64,000 nt of DNA from Opitutales bacterium (GCA_049599475.1 JBMYOQ010000008.1:45216-109215), one strand, 5' to 3'. Counted from the stretch's first letter, positions 1 through 10,556 are shown. Notes: a model not told the origin generated them from the letters alone. Numbers and translations: made by a program.

Positions 1-928
1 CGCCGGTTACAATATTGAGGCTCTGGATTGCTGCGCCAGATGCTCCTTTGCACAAATTGTCTATTCGGCATGCCAGGAGGAAATGTTTAGACCCCGTTCC
101 AGATACAAATATTTCTGCGCGCTGACTTTCGGCGCAGGCCGTAGGGTCCATCAGTCCTCCAGATACCATTTCTGGGGAATTCGCTGGGAACACGTTTATG
201 AACTGCTCTCCGGCGAAGTGCTTTGAATAGGCGTCGGTAATCGATTCCGCAGATTGATCAGGTTTCACAAGTTGTGATGCGTGGACTGGAATAGTCACGA
301 TCATGCCGCGGTAAAAACGCGCGACGGTTGGCAAGAATGCCGGAGCGTTGTCGAGCCCGCTCCATTGTTGCATCTCGGGCAAGTGCTTGTGTTGCATAGC
401 AATTGCGTAAGGACAGGCGGCGAGATGTTCCCCTGGATCTGACTCAAATTGCTGAATCATCTTTTTTCCGCCTCCACTATAGCCTGTGAGGGATGTGGCA
501 CTCAGGAGTGCGTCGGGGCTGAGGAGGCCGGCGTCGACCAACGGGCGCACCAGAAGTAAGTAGGCCGTGGAATGACAACCGGGATTGGCGATGCGCTTGG
601 CTTTCTTGATCTTCTCCCGCTGGCCTTCAGTGAGCTCCGGGAGGCCAAAGGCCCAATCAGGGTGTGTCCGGAATGCAGTGCTCGCGTCGATCACCACGGT
701 GTCAGGATTTGTGATCAAGGGGACGATTTCGCGCGACGCAGAGTCTGGCAGGCACAAAATGCTGATATCTGCTTGGTTGTGCAGATTCGCTCGGGCCTCG
801 ACATTTTTCCGCTGCTCTGGGTCGATCTCCAAAATTTGGATATCCGAGCGGGCATTGAGATACTTTAAGATCTCAAGACCGGTGGTCCCTTCGCTTCCGT
901 CTACAAATACTTTAATCTGCTCGCTCAT
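1..928 (-). CDS. argC: N-acetyl-gamma-glutamyl-phosphate reductase (type 2), 3' end runs off the window
   Basis: Not in the ORF track (no stop inside the window). Manual translation from ATG 928 gives MSEQIKVFVDGSEGTTGLEI..., catalytic IANPGCHSTA and C-terminal DNLCKGASGAAIQSLNI. Confidence 0.93.
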   Translation of the reverse strand, partial: MSEQIKVFVDGSEGTTGLEILKYLNARSDIQILEIDPEQRKNVEARANLHNQADISILCLPDSASREIVPLITNPDTVVIDASTAFRTHPDWAFGLPELTEGQREKIKKAKRIANPGCHSTAYLLLVRPLVDAGLLSPDALLSATSLTGYSGGGKKMIQQFESDPGEHLAACPYAIAMQHKHLPEMQQWSGLDNAPAFLPTVARFYRGMIVTIPVHASQLVKPDQSAESITDAYSKHFAGEQFINVFPANSPEMVSGGLMDPTACAESQRAEIFVSGTGSKHFLLACRIDNLCKGASGAAIQSLNIVTG

Positions 929-1031
929 AGTAGAGGAGGGGAACTAATCCATCATCGCTACATTAGGCAATGGGTAAATATTCGATAGGAGCTGGCTCAA
1001 CAGGACCCGCTGTCGCTTGTGATTATGTTCC

Positions 1032-4000
1032 TTAACGGCGCTCTGAGATGATCACCGTGGTCTCACGTTCACCGTGTTCGACCAGCAGGGATATTGGCAG
1101 CCCGTGAGACGGAACGGTTGATGCGTTTAATCTCGATTCCAGGTGATCATACTGCAACCAATCTGGAAGTTGAGAACCATCGGCGACACGTAATCCGATC
1201 TGCGGTTGATTCTTGAGTCCCTCGGGCAGTTCGAACGAAAACCCGTGGCCTGAGGTGGAGGTTCCGCTTGGTAATGTGATTACGATAAGTCCGTCCGTGA
1301 TTTCTGTAGTTCTCGTAACGAACTGAGTGGATACATCTTCGAAGTGCGTGTAGGGACTGATGATGGACGCTGTCGTCGTTTCTTGTATTGTAAAAGTATA
1401 GTTGCCGAGATCTGCACCTGAATATGCATATGTGAGGTTTACTGTTTTGTCGGAGCCGACCATCGCGTCCTCAAACATTCCAGTCACGGAGTAATTCACG
1501 GTATCTCCGCTGAGAATTCCTGAGAAGGTGACACCGTTTGTATTCAGCGATGCATCCAGAGTTCCGTCATAAATTTTATCGTTTGCGGTGATGCCACTAA
1601 TGGAAACGCTGGCGGGGGTAATGTCGGCAGTAAAGCCCGAAGGTTGGACTAGAGTGTAGTTCCCCGCGTCAGTGCCGCTCAGAGTGTATCCGTTGACCGT
1701 AACGGGTTTTCCATTACCTACATTTTTGTCGGAAAAGGTTGCGGAGCCGGAGTTGTTGAAGCTTACATTATCACCACTGAAGACTCCGGAGAGAGTTGCA
1801 CTTGCGGTATCTAGAGTCGCTGCAGTGTTCGCGTCGTAAACTTTGTCGTTTGCTGTAATGCCGACGATGGAAACGCTGGCGGGAGTAATGTCGGCAATCA
1901 GGCCCGAAGGTTGTGCGAGGGTGTAGTTTCCTGCGTCGACGCCGCTTAGGGTGTAGCCGCCGACAGTTACGGATTTTTCAGCGCCTACATTCTTGTCGGC
2001 AAATGTTGCAGACTCGGTGTTGTTTAGACTTACAGTATCTCCGCTTAAAATTCCGGAAAGAGTGGCGCCTGAGGTATCTAGGGTCGCCGTAGTGTTAGCG
2101 TCGTAAACTTTGTCATTTGCCGTTATGCCGCTAATGGATACTGTGACGGGCGTAATATCGGCGCTTAGGCCCGAAGGTTGGGCAAGAGAATAGTTTCCCG
2201 CGTCGGCGCCGCTTATCGAATACCCACTGACTGTAACGGATTTTCCGTCGCCGACATTTTTGTCTGAAAAAGCGGCCGTCCCGGTTCCGTTTAAGTTCAC
2301 GATGTCCCCACTTAAAGTGGATATCGATGCAGTGCCGGAAAGCGAAGCGTCTGTTGTGGTGTCGTAGACTTTGTCAATTGCCGAAAGGCCCGTAACGGTT
2401 AGCGCGTATGGGTTTACCGTCAGCGACCCGTTGCTCAAGGCCCCTACGGTATACCCAAGGTCGGGTAGGGTGCTAGCTGTAACGGAATACGTGCCTACTT
2501 CAAGTCGAGCGGAAGTAGAATATGTCGCGCCATTCACAGTCATGGTGACACCGCTGTCTCCATTTACGATCGTTCCGACTGAGGCTGTGAAGGCAGGTAT
2601 GGTGTCTCCATAAGTAATCGTCTCGGAGGATATGCTTCCTGAAAGATTTATTTGCTCACGATAAATGGCATTGTTGCCTGCGCTCAGCGCTGCTGTGTAG
2701 TTACTCACCGATTCGTCGGAGTTATACCGAAACCGCCCGCTGCCAGAACCGATGAAATCGGTGAGGCCCGTCGATCCAGAAACGCTACCAGAATACAGAG
2801 TGGCACGCCCTCCACTGCCCATAGATATCGTGGGTGATCCGCTAATGTTCAAATCTCCTCCTGTAGATGTTCCGGCGGATTCGTCTAAACCGGCATTTAG
2901 AGTGACTGCGCTGGTCGTATTGTCTGTAGTGGAAATGTCCTGACTTAATGTTAAGTCTCCAGAGCGCGTGGCTATGTTTATTGTTCCTGTAGAGCTCAAG
3001 CCGTTTGTGCTTCCGATCGAGCCGATCTCGACTGCGTTGGAATCAATGTAGAGTAGGCTGTCTACACCGTTCGCTGCCAAAGTGGAAACGTTGCCGCTGG
3101 CGTTATCCAGACTGATGGCCCCATCGAGCAGCGCGAGGTTCTCTGCGACTACGTAACCGCCAGCTCCGTCGGTAACGTTTCCTGCACCAGTCAGGGTAAT
3201 TGTATCGTTCGTAGCGGTTAAGGCTGAATTGATGGTGATATCGTCGCCAATTATGTTTATTGGACCGGAGACTGTGATATCTGAAGAGAGAACAATGTCT
3301 GATGTATTACCTGCTTTACCCAAAGTGAGCCCGGACGCATCGGTAGATATATCATAGTCGTTTGATTGCCAGGTGAGTGTTCCGCTAAAACTTGCGCTCA
3401 CAGGCTCTATAGTGACCGTGCCGCTTGTATTGAATTCGAACCCACCTCCTGAATCGAAAGAGAAATTGTCGGCTTGGATATTAATATTGCTGGTGCTCGC
3501 TGTGACATCTGTCCCGGCTCGATAACCAATAAAAAAATCATCATCGTACGGTTGTAGCGGTCCACCGCCATTTGCGAGGAAATCAATATCACCGCTTGCG
3601 GCTAATATGTGTGCATTCTCTTGAAATCCGAGATCACGATCATCCCCGGAACCGCTAATGGAAATACTTCCCGTTCCGGTTGCTTGAATGGTGCCTGTGC
3701 GACCGAAACCTACCGCGAAATTTAACCCGATATTTTCGATGAAAGCACCCCCATTAGAAATTCCTGAAAGGGTAATATCTCCATCTTGTGTTCGAATCAT
3801 TGTGTCCGCTACACCTCCCGGTCCGTAGCTGATGATGACTCCGTTGGCGAACCAACCATTCGACCCCTGGCCTTCCATGGTAATATCTCCTGACGTGCCG
3901 GCATCGATCGTGATACCTTCGAAGGTGTGGATACCGGAGGATTCGTCATCAGACGCGTCGCCGACTGTGGAGTTTCCGCGCATCGTAATATCTCCTCCGC

Positions 4001-6458
4001 CTGAATAGATGGTGACGAAGGCTCCTGTTTGGTCAGTCCCCAATTGGACCGCTCCAGCAATGTCGTTGACGTTTTTGAGAGCGGAGCCTGTCGGCGCTGT
4101 TGTTCCTGCGCTGCCCCCTCCGAGGATGATATCTCCTCCTCCAGATGCCGTGCTGGTATTGGAGCCACTGCGATCTGAAGCTGTGCGGCTATCGAGAGAT
4201 GTTGTGCTTTGCAGATACACATATCCACCTGCGTCGTCGAAATTGGCCCAAAGTGTGATATCACCCGCATTGGTTGCGATGTTAGAATTCGTCGATACAA
4301 TTACATCGTCTGCCGCTTTGAGTCGAACTCCGGCGCCTGAGTTCGACGTCGTTAAATCGTCGTCGACAGTGATATCTCCGCCATAAATGCTGAGGCTTCC
4401 AGCTATATCGATGGCACTACTTAGAGTGACGTCGACATTTGTGGCACTGCTGTCACTTCCTATGGCGAGGCCGAGAGTGTCGCTTATTCTTAATCCATCG
4501 AAGGTGCCAGATCCGCTGGTTGAAGAATAATAACCACCGGATTCGGTGCTATCCCAGGTGACCGCCGCGGTGAAGTTGTCTTCGAAGGGGGCTATCGTAA
4601 GGGTCCCTGTGCCGTCGATTTGAATAATCTCAGTGGCGTTTTGGAAATCGAAGAAAATTGTATCGGTGATCAAATCTACATCCCCTGACCCTGCGTCTAC
4701 GCTCGCGACGCCTTCAAAGGCTGAAATACCCGTATCATTTATGCCGACCTCGCCTGTCGTACCAACTATTCTGAGGTCACCTCCTCCAGTTGTGATGCTA
4801 GAACCTCCGCCGAGCTCCACGCCGATGAGGTTTGATTCTCCTCCCATGGCAGCGCCTGCGCCTACGGTATGCCCATTCCAAGTGCCTGTGAGCTGACCTC
4901 CACCAATCCACATGTCGCCTCCATTAGTATCCACATTAGAGTCGACGATGACTCCGTTTCCAGACCCTGTGAAGCCTGCGGCTCGGTCAACTTCGGAAAC
5001 CAAGATTAGGTTGAGTTCACCGCTTGAAGATGAAATATCTCCGCCTAATTCCAAGCTGAGAAGTCCGGTTGAAGATAACGTTAGGGTGCGTTCGTTTGCT
5101 CCCGTATATTCGATGGGATCATAGACCTCGAGTGTGTAATTGGCGCCGGTACCCGTAGTGATCGCGACATTACTAGAAGCGAGTGCAGTCTCGATCGATT
5201 CCGTTGTATTGGTGGCGACTTCGATAACGTTACTGGCGTCTGAGATGATTACGTCTCCTGGGTCGAGCAGCCAGTTTCCCGCGCTCCCATCGCTTGCTAA
5301 TGTGGATACGAAGACATCGTTTACATGTAAAGTGCGTCCCGAGGTTTCTACCGCTCCGCCACGGCCTCCCTGTGCTCCGCCTTCGGCTATGATCGATCCA
5401 TCGACCGTAGTCACCGAGGATTCATTGGTGATATCCGACCAAAGAACAATGGTCCCTCCGTTGCCCTGTTCGATCGCACTTGCGTCAATACGTGCGTCCG
5501 CAGCCATATCTACGGTGGTTGCTTGATACATGCTGCCTCTGCCTTGCCAATCACCGCCAATGAGGATTTCTCCGCCACCGGTTTTACCACGTGCTTCAAT
5601 AATTGAGCTGGATGCCAAGTTGATATCATCGCCTTCGAGGAAAATGCGGCCTCCTTTATTTACGAGATTGCTGGCGTTGATTTCACCGCTATTATTTACG
5701 ATACCTCCACGCAGCTCGTTTACCGCGGTAGCTGAAAGGATTACCGTACCGCCCGATGTGATGATAGCATTTCTGTTTTCTACCAAAGTTTCGATCTGGC
5801 TTTGCGTAGTCGTTACATCGAGAAGAGATAAGTTGTCTCCGAAGTTCAGGCTTATCTTTTCGCCTGAGGCGAGTGCGACCGTACCCATATCTGATGTGAT
5901 TACGCCGGAGTTTACGACCTCAGGCGCGAGCAACGCGATATAGCCGCCTTGGTCGGCGTTTAGACTGCCTTCGTTTACAACGCTTCCCGTAGCATCTCCG
6001 CGGTAAAAGGTGCTTTTACCTTCCAAGAAATCTTCGGCCGAAATGTGGTGCGTTGTTGCCACCAGGCCACCCACATGAACGCGCGAACCTGGAGAAAAGT
6101 AGATCCCCTCAGGATTCGTTAGAAATATCTGTCCATTGGACTCGATATTTCCGAATATTTGACTCGAACTGTCTCCGAATACCCGATTCAAAGTGACACT
6201 CGTGTTTGATGGTTGGTTAAAGAAAACCTGTGCGTCGCTTCCGATATTAAAGCTACTCCAATCTATAGAAGCGCGGTTGCTCGATTGGTCTATGTCCATC
6301 CGAGCACCATTGCTCCTAATGTCTGCCTGTCCACCTACAACATTCCCGCCGGAAGGGAGTTGGTTCGGGGCTGGGATTTCCTGTCCGAGGGAGGTGTATT
6401 GAAAATTTGATACTCCAAAGAGCAGAGTGACGCAGTGTAATAAAGGTTTCTTCATCAT
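1032..6458 (-). CDS. TpsA filamentous-haemagglutinin-like exoprotein/adhesin (TPS domain, beta-helix, YDG repeats, C-terminal Ig/cadherin-like domain)
   Basis: Signal peptide; TPS motifs (IDWSSFNIG, FNQP, LNRV, NGQIFLTNPEGI); G/S/T/D-rich body; four DK(V/I)YD repeats; lies directly downstream of a TpsB gene. Confidence 0.9.
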   Translation of the reverse strand: MMKKPLLHCVTLLFGVSNFQYTSLGQEIPAPNQLPSGGNVVGGQADIRSNGARMDIDQSSNRASIDWSSFNIGSDAQVFFNQPSNTSVTLNRVFGDSSSQIFGNIESNGQIFLTNPEGIYFSPGSRVHVGGLVATTHHISAEDFLEGKSTFYRGDATGSVVNEGSLNADQGGYIALLAPEVVNSGVITSDMGTVALASGEKISLNFGDNLSLLDVTTTQSQIETLVENRNAIITSGGTVILSATAVNELRGGIVNNSGEINASNLVNKGGRIFLEGDDINLASSSIIEARGKTGGGEILIGGDWQGRGSMYQATTVDMAADARIDASAIEQGNGGTIVLWSDITNESSVTTVDGSIIAEGGAQGGRGGAVETSGRTLHVNDVFVSTLASDGSAGNWLLDPGDVIISDASNVIEVATNTTESIETALASSNVAITTGTGANYTLEVYDPIEYTGANERTLTLSSTGLLSLELGGDISSSSGELNLILVSEVDRAAGFTGSGNGVIVDSNVDTNGGDMWIGGGQLTGTWNGHTVGAGAAMGGESNLIGVELGGGSSITTGGGDLRIVGTTGEVGINDTGISAFEGVASVDAGSGDVDLITDTIFFDFQNATEIIQIDGTGTLTIAPFEDNFTAAVTWDSTESGGYYSSTSGSGTFDGLRISDTLGLAIGSDSSATNVDVTLSSAIDIAGSLSIYGGDITVDDDLTTSNSGAGVRLKAADDVIVSTNSNIATNAGDITLWANFDDAGGYVYLQSTTSLDSRTASDRSGSNTSTASGGGDIILGGGSAGTTAPTGSALKNVNDIAGAVQLGTDQTGAFVTIYSGGGDITMRGNSTVGDASDDESSGIHTFEGITIDAGTSGDITMEGQGSNGWFANGVIISYGPGGVADTMIRTQDGDITLSGISNGGAFIENIGLNFAVGFGRTGTIQATGTGSISISGSGDDRDLGFQENAHILAASGDIDFLANGGGPLQPYDDDFFIGYRAGTDVTASTSNINIQADNFSFDSGGGFEFNTSGTVTIEPVSASFSGTLTWQSNDYDISTDASGLTLGKAGNTSDIVLSSDITVSGPINIIGDDITINSALTATNDTITLTGAGNVTDGAGGYVVAENLALLDGAISLDNASGNVSTLAANGVDSLLYIDSNAVEIGSIGSTNGLSSTGTINIATRSGDLTLSQDISTTDNTTSAVTLNAGLDESAGTSTGGDLNISGSPTISMGSGGRATLYSGSVSGSTGLTDFIGSGSGRFRYNSDESVSNYTAALSAGNNAIYREQINLSGSISSETITYGDTIPAFTASVGTIVNGDSGVTMTVNGATYSTSARLEVGTYSVTASTLPDLGYTVGALSNGSLTVNPYALTVTGLSAIDKVYDTTTDASLSGTASISTLSGDIVNLNGTGTAAFSDKNVGDGKSVTVSGYSISGADAGNYSLAQPSGLSADITPVTVSISGITANDKVYDANTTATLDTSGATLSGILSGDTVSLNNTESATFADKNVGAEKSVTVGGYTLSGVDAGNYTLAQPSGLIADITPASVSIVGITANDKVYDANTAATLDTASATLSGVFSGDNVSFNNSGSATFSDKNVGNGKPVTVNGYTLSGTDAGNYTLVQPSGFTADITPASVSISGITANDKIYDGTLDASLNTNGVTFSGILSGDTVNYSVTGMFEDAMVGSDKTVNLTYAYSGADLGNYTFTIQETTTASIISPYTHFEDVSTQFVTRTTEITDGLIVITLPSGTSTSGHGFSFELPEGLKNQPQIGLRVADGSQLPDWLQYDHLESRLNASTVPSHGLPISLLVEHGERETTVIISERR
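1380..2410 (-). repeat. About four tandem 267-bp (89-aa) YDG-type repeats within tpsA
   Basis: The motif (g/a)gcccgaaggttg recurs at 1634, 1901 and 2168 (period 267). Protein repeat: VSIxGITANDKVYD...GxDAGNY. Confidence 0.9.
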
Positions 6459-6473
6459 GGGCCTACTCTCAGT

Positions 6474-8150
6474 CTAAAAGGGCATGGAAGCTTCGAGCCA
6501 AAATCGATTCTTGATCAGGCTGCCATCCTGGTCCCTACCAGTATCTGAAGCATCTGGATTATCGCTTATTCTTCGGGCATAGGTCGCCTTAATCTTTATT
6601 GATTTGGGGCCTACCCAGTTTAAGTAGATACCCCCGCCGTCCAATGCATACGTGTTAGGGTTTCGGTTAAAGGGGTTGTCATGGTTTACTCGAACATATC
6701 CCCAGTCGTAAAACCCGGATACAAATAAGTCTGGTCGTACCATGTAGCGAAGTTCTAATGTGGTCGCTACTGCGTCATCACCGCCTCCTTCGTTCGCTGG
6801 GTAGGCGCGAACTCCTGTAGGTCCGCCTAAATAAAACTTCTCAGATGAGTCGAGATTTCCGTCTGAAAATTGACCTCGCGCTGCACCGTAAATAGAGGTC
6901 TTTTGATTGATTCGTTGTTGCCTGGATACGAAGTAATTGAGCTTAGTGTAGCGGCCGTCCAGAATTGGTAGTTCATTCAGGTTGAGGTTATCCAAGTCAA
7001 TATTGCCTGAGCTCAAGGTGATGTTCGCAAAATTGACACTACCGCCGAAGGCATTATCGAATAAATTGGCTGTTAGTCCGATGGTGAAACTGTCTGAGGT
7101 ATAATTGGATACAGAAACTCCACTCGCTTCGTTGTCGTAGAGGCTCTCTTCATACCTGGTATTCAGGTAGACATTCCGAGTACGTGAGCGAATGAGTGGG
7201 TAATGTGCATTGGCTGCTAAAACTCTTGAGCTACCTTTTATGTTTAACTCCTCGAATCCGTCTGTTGTTATTTTGTAACTTAACCAAGATCCCGAGACAC
7301 CTAACCTGAGCCCGTTGTAGCCGACGGGTAAACTGTATGCGTAGCGCCCATATCGGTTGCCCTCTGAAATGAGCGCACTCGCAGAGACTAGATCTCCGAT
7401 GCGGAGTGGACTATTCAAGAAAACGTCGAGTGAAACGCGTTCTTCTCCCGTGGCGCGAGACCCATAGTTGTCTACAGTGACTTCCCCGTCGATACGACCC
7501 TCGCTGCCGGAAATGAGGAGTAGGTCTGTCTCACCTTGGGATTCACCGGGTACAAATGTGCCCGATGCTGCCAGGCCCGGTAAGTCATCGAGGAGTAGCA
7601 TGGCTCTGTTCAGTTTTGCTAAATCCAGAAACTCTCCAGATGGCTGATTTTCTTCGATATACTTCTCAATGGTTCTCTCTTTGAGGATCTCTGATCCCAT
7701 GGACTCTAGTTGGGTATCACCGAATCGAGCTTCGACGATTCTTAAGGTGACCTCGCCATCTACAATCTCTTGTCGCGGTAAATATACCCGGGCTAGTCGA
7801 TTTGCATTTTGGTAGGCCTCACCGACCGCAGCGGCCGCAGCGTTGAGTCCGTGCATGTCGAGCGTTTTGCCTATGAAAGGGCTTACCGCCTGAGAAAGGG
7901 CCTCGGCATCCAGGATGGTGTTGCCGGAGAATTTAAAAGCGCTTACAGTGACCGTAATGCCTTGGGTATCGCTGCTCTCGGTGGCATCGGGAGAAGACTG
8001 CTCTTTTAGGTCGGGTATTTCCCTGATCTCAGGTTCCTCAAATTGCTGCTGCAAGGTCCCGGCGTCGGGCAGACCTTGGGCTAGAATCTCCGGACAGTAT
8101 GCTAATAGGGAGGCAGTGAGGGTGAGAAATTGATTCCTCAATGAAGGCAT
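6474..8150 (-). CDS. TpsB (ShlB/FhaC/HecB family) outer-membrane transporter
   Basis: Signal peptide, POTRA-like N-terminus (FSGNT), DNYGS motif, loop-6 GVRAY motif, C-terminal Phe. Confidence 0.93.
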   Translation of the reverse strand: MPSLRNQFLTLTASLLAYCPEILAQGLPDAGTLQQQFEEPEIREIPDLKEQSSPDATESSDTQGITVTVSAFKFSGNTILDAEALSQAVSPFIGKTLDMHGLNAAAAAVGEAYQNANRLARVYLPRQEIVDGEVTLRIVEARFGDTQLESMGSEILKERTIEKYIEENQPSGEFLDLAKLNRAMLLLDDLPGLAASGTFVPGESQGETDLLLISGSEGRIDGEVTVDNYGSRATGEERVSLDVFLNSPLRIGDLVSASALISEGNRYGRYAYSLPVGYNGLRLGVSGSWLSYKITTDGFEELNIKGSSRVLAANAHYPLIRSRTRNVYLNTRYEESLYDNEASGVSVSNYTSDSFTIGLTANLFDNAFGGSVNFANITLSSGNIDLDNLNLNELPILDGRYTKLNYFVSRQQRINQKTSIYGAARGQFSDGNLDSSEKFYLGGPTGVRAYPANEGGGDDAVATTLELRYMVRPDLFVSGFYDWGYVRVNHDNPFNRNPNTYALDGGGIYLNWVGPKSIKIKATYARRISDNPDASDTGRDQDGSLIKNRFWLEASMPF

Positions 8151-8642
8151 CGTAATGCTGCGCGGTAGAGGTTCATAGATTTGAACGCAGTGCAGCGCAG
8201 AGCCCTTGATCGATGTGTCGTCGGCAACGCTGTGATAATCAGTAATCTATTATCAATAGGGGTGTCGGAAGGTGGAAATCGGAAGTGTGGGTGCATGCGT
8301 CTTCGTTCATCGGTCTATTCAAGAAGACCGTTCGGATGCTCTTATAATTAGATACTCTAGGGTTTACCTTGAACGAAGGGGCGGTGATTTACCTGATTTT
8401 TACTGAGAATTCTCGAGTCGTAATCTTCGCAATAGATCCGATATCCAGAATCGGTGGATTCGTGGAACTGGGTCTCTCGAGAGTGCCTCTCCGAAGCCAT
8501 TAGTAGCCACCAGCCCAAGAGCTGTTACGTCCGTTTTATAGACCGTATTGATGGCGGCTATGCCAAATCCCTTGAGTCTCCGCATCCAGCGGGAATTTTA
8601 GCTACCGGGAAACCTCCTAAGGTTGTGAATAATGCCTATGCC

Positions 8643-10260
8643 CTATTCGGTTTCTCCGACTTGAACGTTATTGAAAATGAAGGAAGTGGTCGGGTTGTTG
8701 AGCCAATTGTTTACCTCCGGTTTTAGGAGGTAGAATCGCAGGTAGTGGTAGATGGGAGCGATGGGCATATCCTCCATCGCCATGATTTCGGCCTCTTGGA
8801 AGAGTGCCATGCGTTTTTCTGCATCGGGCTCCTGGCTGGCAGCGGTGAACAGGCGGTCGAATTCTGGATTATTGTATCCGCTGTGATTATTTCCAGATTC
8901 AGCACGGAACAGGTCTAGATACCCTTCTGGATCAACACCTCCGACCCAGGCCGCGCGCGAAATATCGTAGTCGCCCTCGCGGATTGTATCGAGGTATACC
9001 TTCCACTCCTGGTTTAGGAGTGATACCTCGATGCCCAAATGCGTTTTCCACATTTGCTGGACAGCTTGAGCAATTGCCCGGTGCCCTTCGCTTGTATTGT
9101 AGATGAGGGTGAGCGAAGGAAAGCCTTCTCCATTTGGAAACCCTGCATCTGCCAGGAGTTGGCGGGCCGCATCGAGATCTTCTTCGAAACTCTCAGGCTG
9201 TGTATAGCCAGCAATCAAGGGGGGGACAAATGTGTTGGCGACAGGTTGGCCTCCGTTGGTGACGAAGTTTACGATCTCGAAGCGGTCGATAGCGAAGGCC
9301 AGAGCCTTACGGACACGGACATCATCCAGCGGTGGCTTGCTTAAATTGAAGCGGTAATAATAGGTGCCGTAGAAGCTGTCCGCGCGCATATCTTCGCGAC
9401 CGGATTCACGGAATGTGCGCAGTTTTGAAGGAGGCACTGTCGAGGTCTTGTGGATACTATCCGTTTCATAAGCGCGCAGCTCAGTGTCGACGTTTTCAAT
9501 TGTTCTGTAGACGATCTTATCGAGGTGGATTTCCTCCGGCTTGTGGTAGTAGGGGTGGCTTTCTACTACGATGCGATCATCTTGTATCCATTCGGTAAGG
9601 ACGAATGCGCCGTTTCCTACAAGGTTGCCAGGTCTGAAGTATTCAGTGTCGATCGAAGTCTCAGCACCAAAAGGCTCCATGCTGGGGCGATGGATTGGGT
9701 AGAAGCATGTCTGAGAGAGACTTGTGATGAAGAAGAGCTTAGGCGTCGTCATCGTAACTTCAAAAGTATAGTCGTCGATTACTCTGATGCCTACGTCTTC
9801 CCATTCTGCTTCGCCTTGATTGTATTTCTCGGCATTGATAATCGAGTTGAAATAGAAGATGTAAGGCGTGCTTATTTCAGGCCTGAGGGCGCGACGAAAA
9901 CCGGCTACCCAATCTGCCGCGACCACGGGGTCGCCATTCGACCAGCGTGCTTCTTTTATGAGGTGAAATGTGTACGTTTTGCCATCGTCCGATGCCGTGT
10001 AATGTGTGATGGATACAGGCTCAATATTCCCAGTTTCCGGATTGTAGCGCATGAGCGGATCATAAAGCGCGTTCATGATATTGAAACTGATAGAATCTGT
10101 CGCGATGTGTGGGTCGATCGCGGGCGGCTCAGATCCAGGGCCAATTTTGAGCGTCTTCACCACCTCCTCAGGGGCTTGAGTTTCATTCGCTTGGGGCCCA
10201 CATGCTGTGAACAGCAGTGCGAATAGGGGGGTGATCAGGAAGATGGCTTTTTTTGCGCAT
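8643..10260 (-). CDS. OppA-like peptide ABC transporter substrate-binding lipoprotein; probable frameshift in an A7 run just after the ATG
   Basis: SBP family 5 motifs (WSNGDPV, GNGAF, DVRVRKAL, QEWKVYL). The ORF-track frame (8643-10163) extends upstream through a lipobox (LLFTA-C), but ATG 10260 is one base out of frame. Confidence 0.8.
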
Positions 10261-10271
10261 ATTGTGTAGAG

Positions 10272-10556
10272 TTATTTTTTGTCGTGGTGCCCTAAGTCCC
10301 GTTCGGGGGCTATGATGTCGCGGATGCGTTTTTTAAGTTCACTGGCTCCTGGGAAACCGCCGTCAGCCTTGCGTTCCCATATCAAACTCTCGCCGATCGA
10401 TATTTCAAATACACCGGGTGCATCGTTCTCAGGATAGAGCAAAACGCCTTCGATATCGTCGGAAAAGGAGTGGAGGATTTCTTGGCTCATCCAAGAGGCG
10501 CGCAACATCCAGTTGCACTTCGGACAGTATTTGATGGTGACGCGTGGTTTGCTCAT
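10272..10556 (-). CDS. SelT/SelW/SelH (Rdx) family CxxC redox protein
   Basis: IKYCPKCNW...RASWMSQE...GVFEI...W.RK..GGFP signature. Both motif residues are Cys, not Sec. Confidence 0.9.
   Translation of the reverse strand: MSKPRVTIKYCPKCNWMLRASWMSQEILHSFSDDIEGVLLYPENDAPGVFEISIGESLIWERKADGGFPGASELKKRIRDIIAPERDLGHHDKK

Noticed and set aside
572..947. Two plus-strand ORFs (98 and 120 aa)
   Set aside because: Antisense shadows of argC, which the ORF track omits because it runs off the window.
9450..10226. 258-aa plus-strand ORF
   Set aside because: Antisense to the OppA-like gene, with no recognisable motif.
10272..10556. Possible selenoprotein (SelW-like)
   Set aside because: The motif is CPKC with Cys codons; there is no in-frame TGA.
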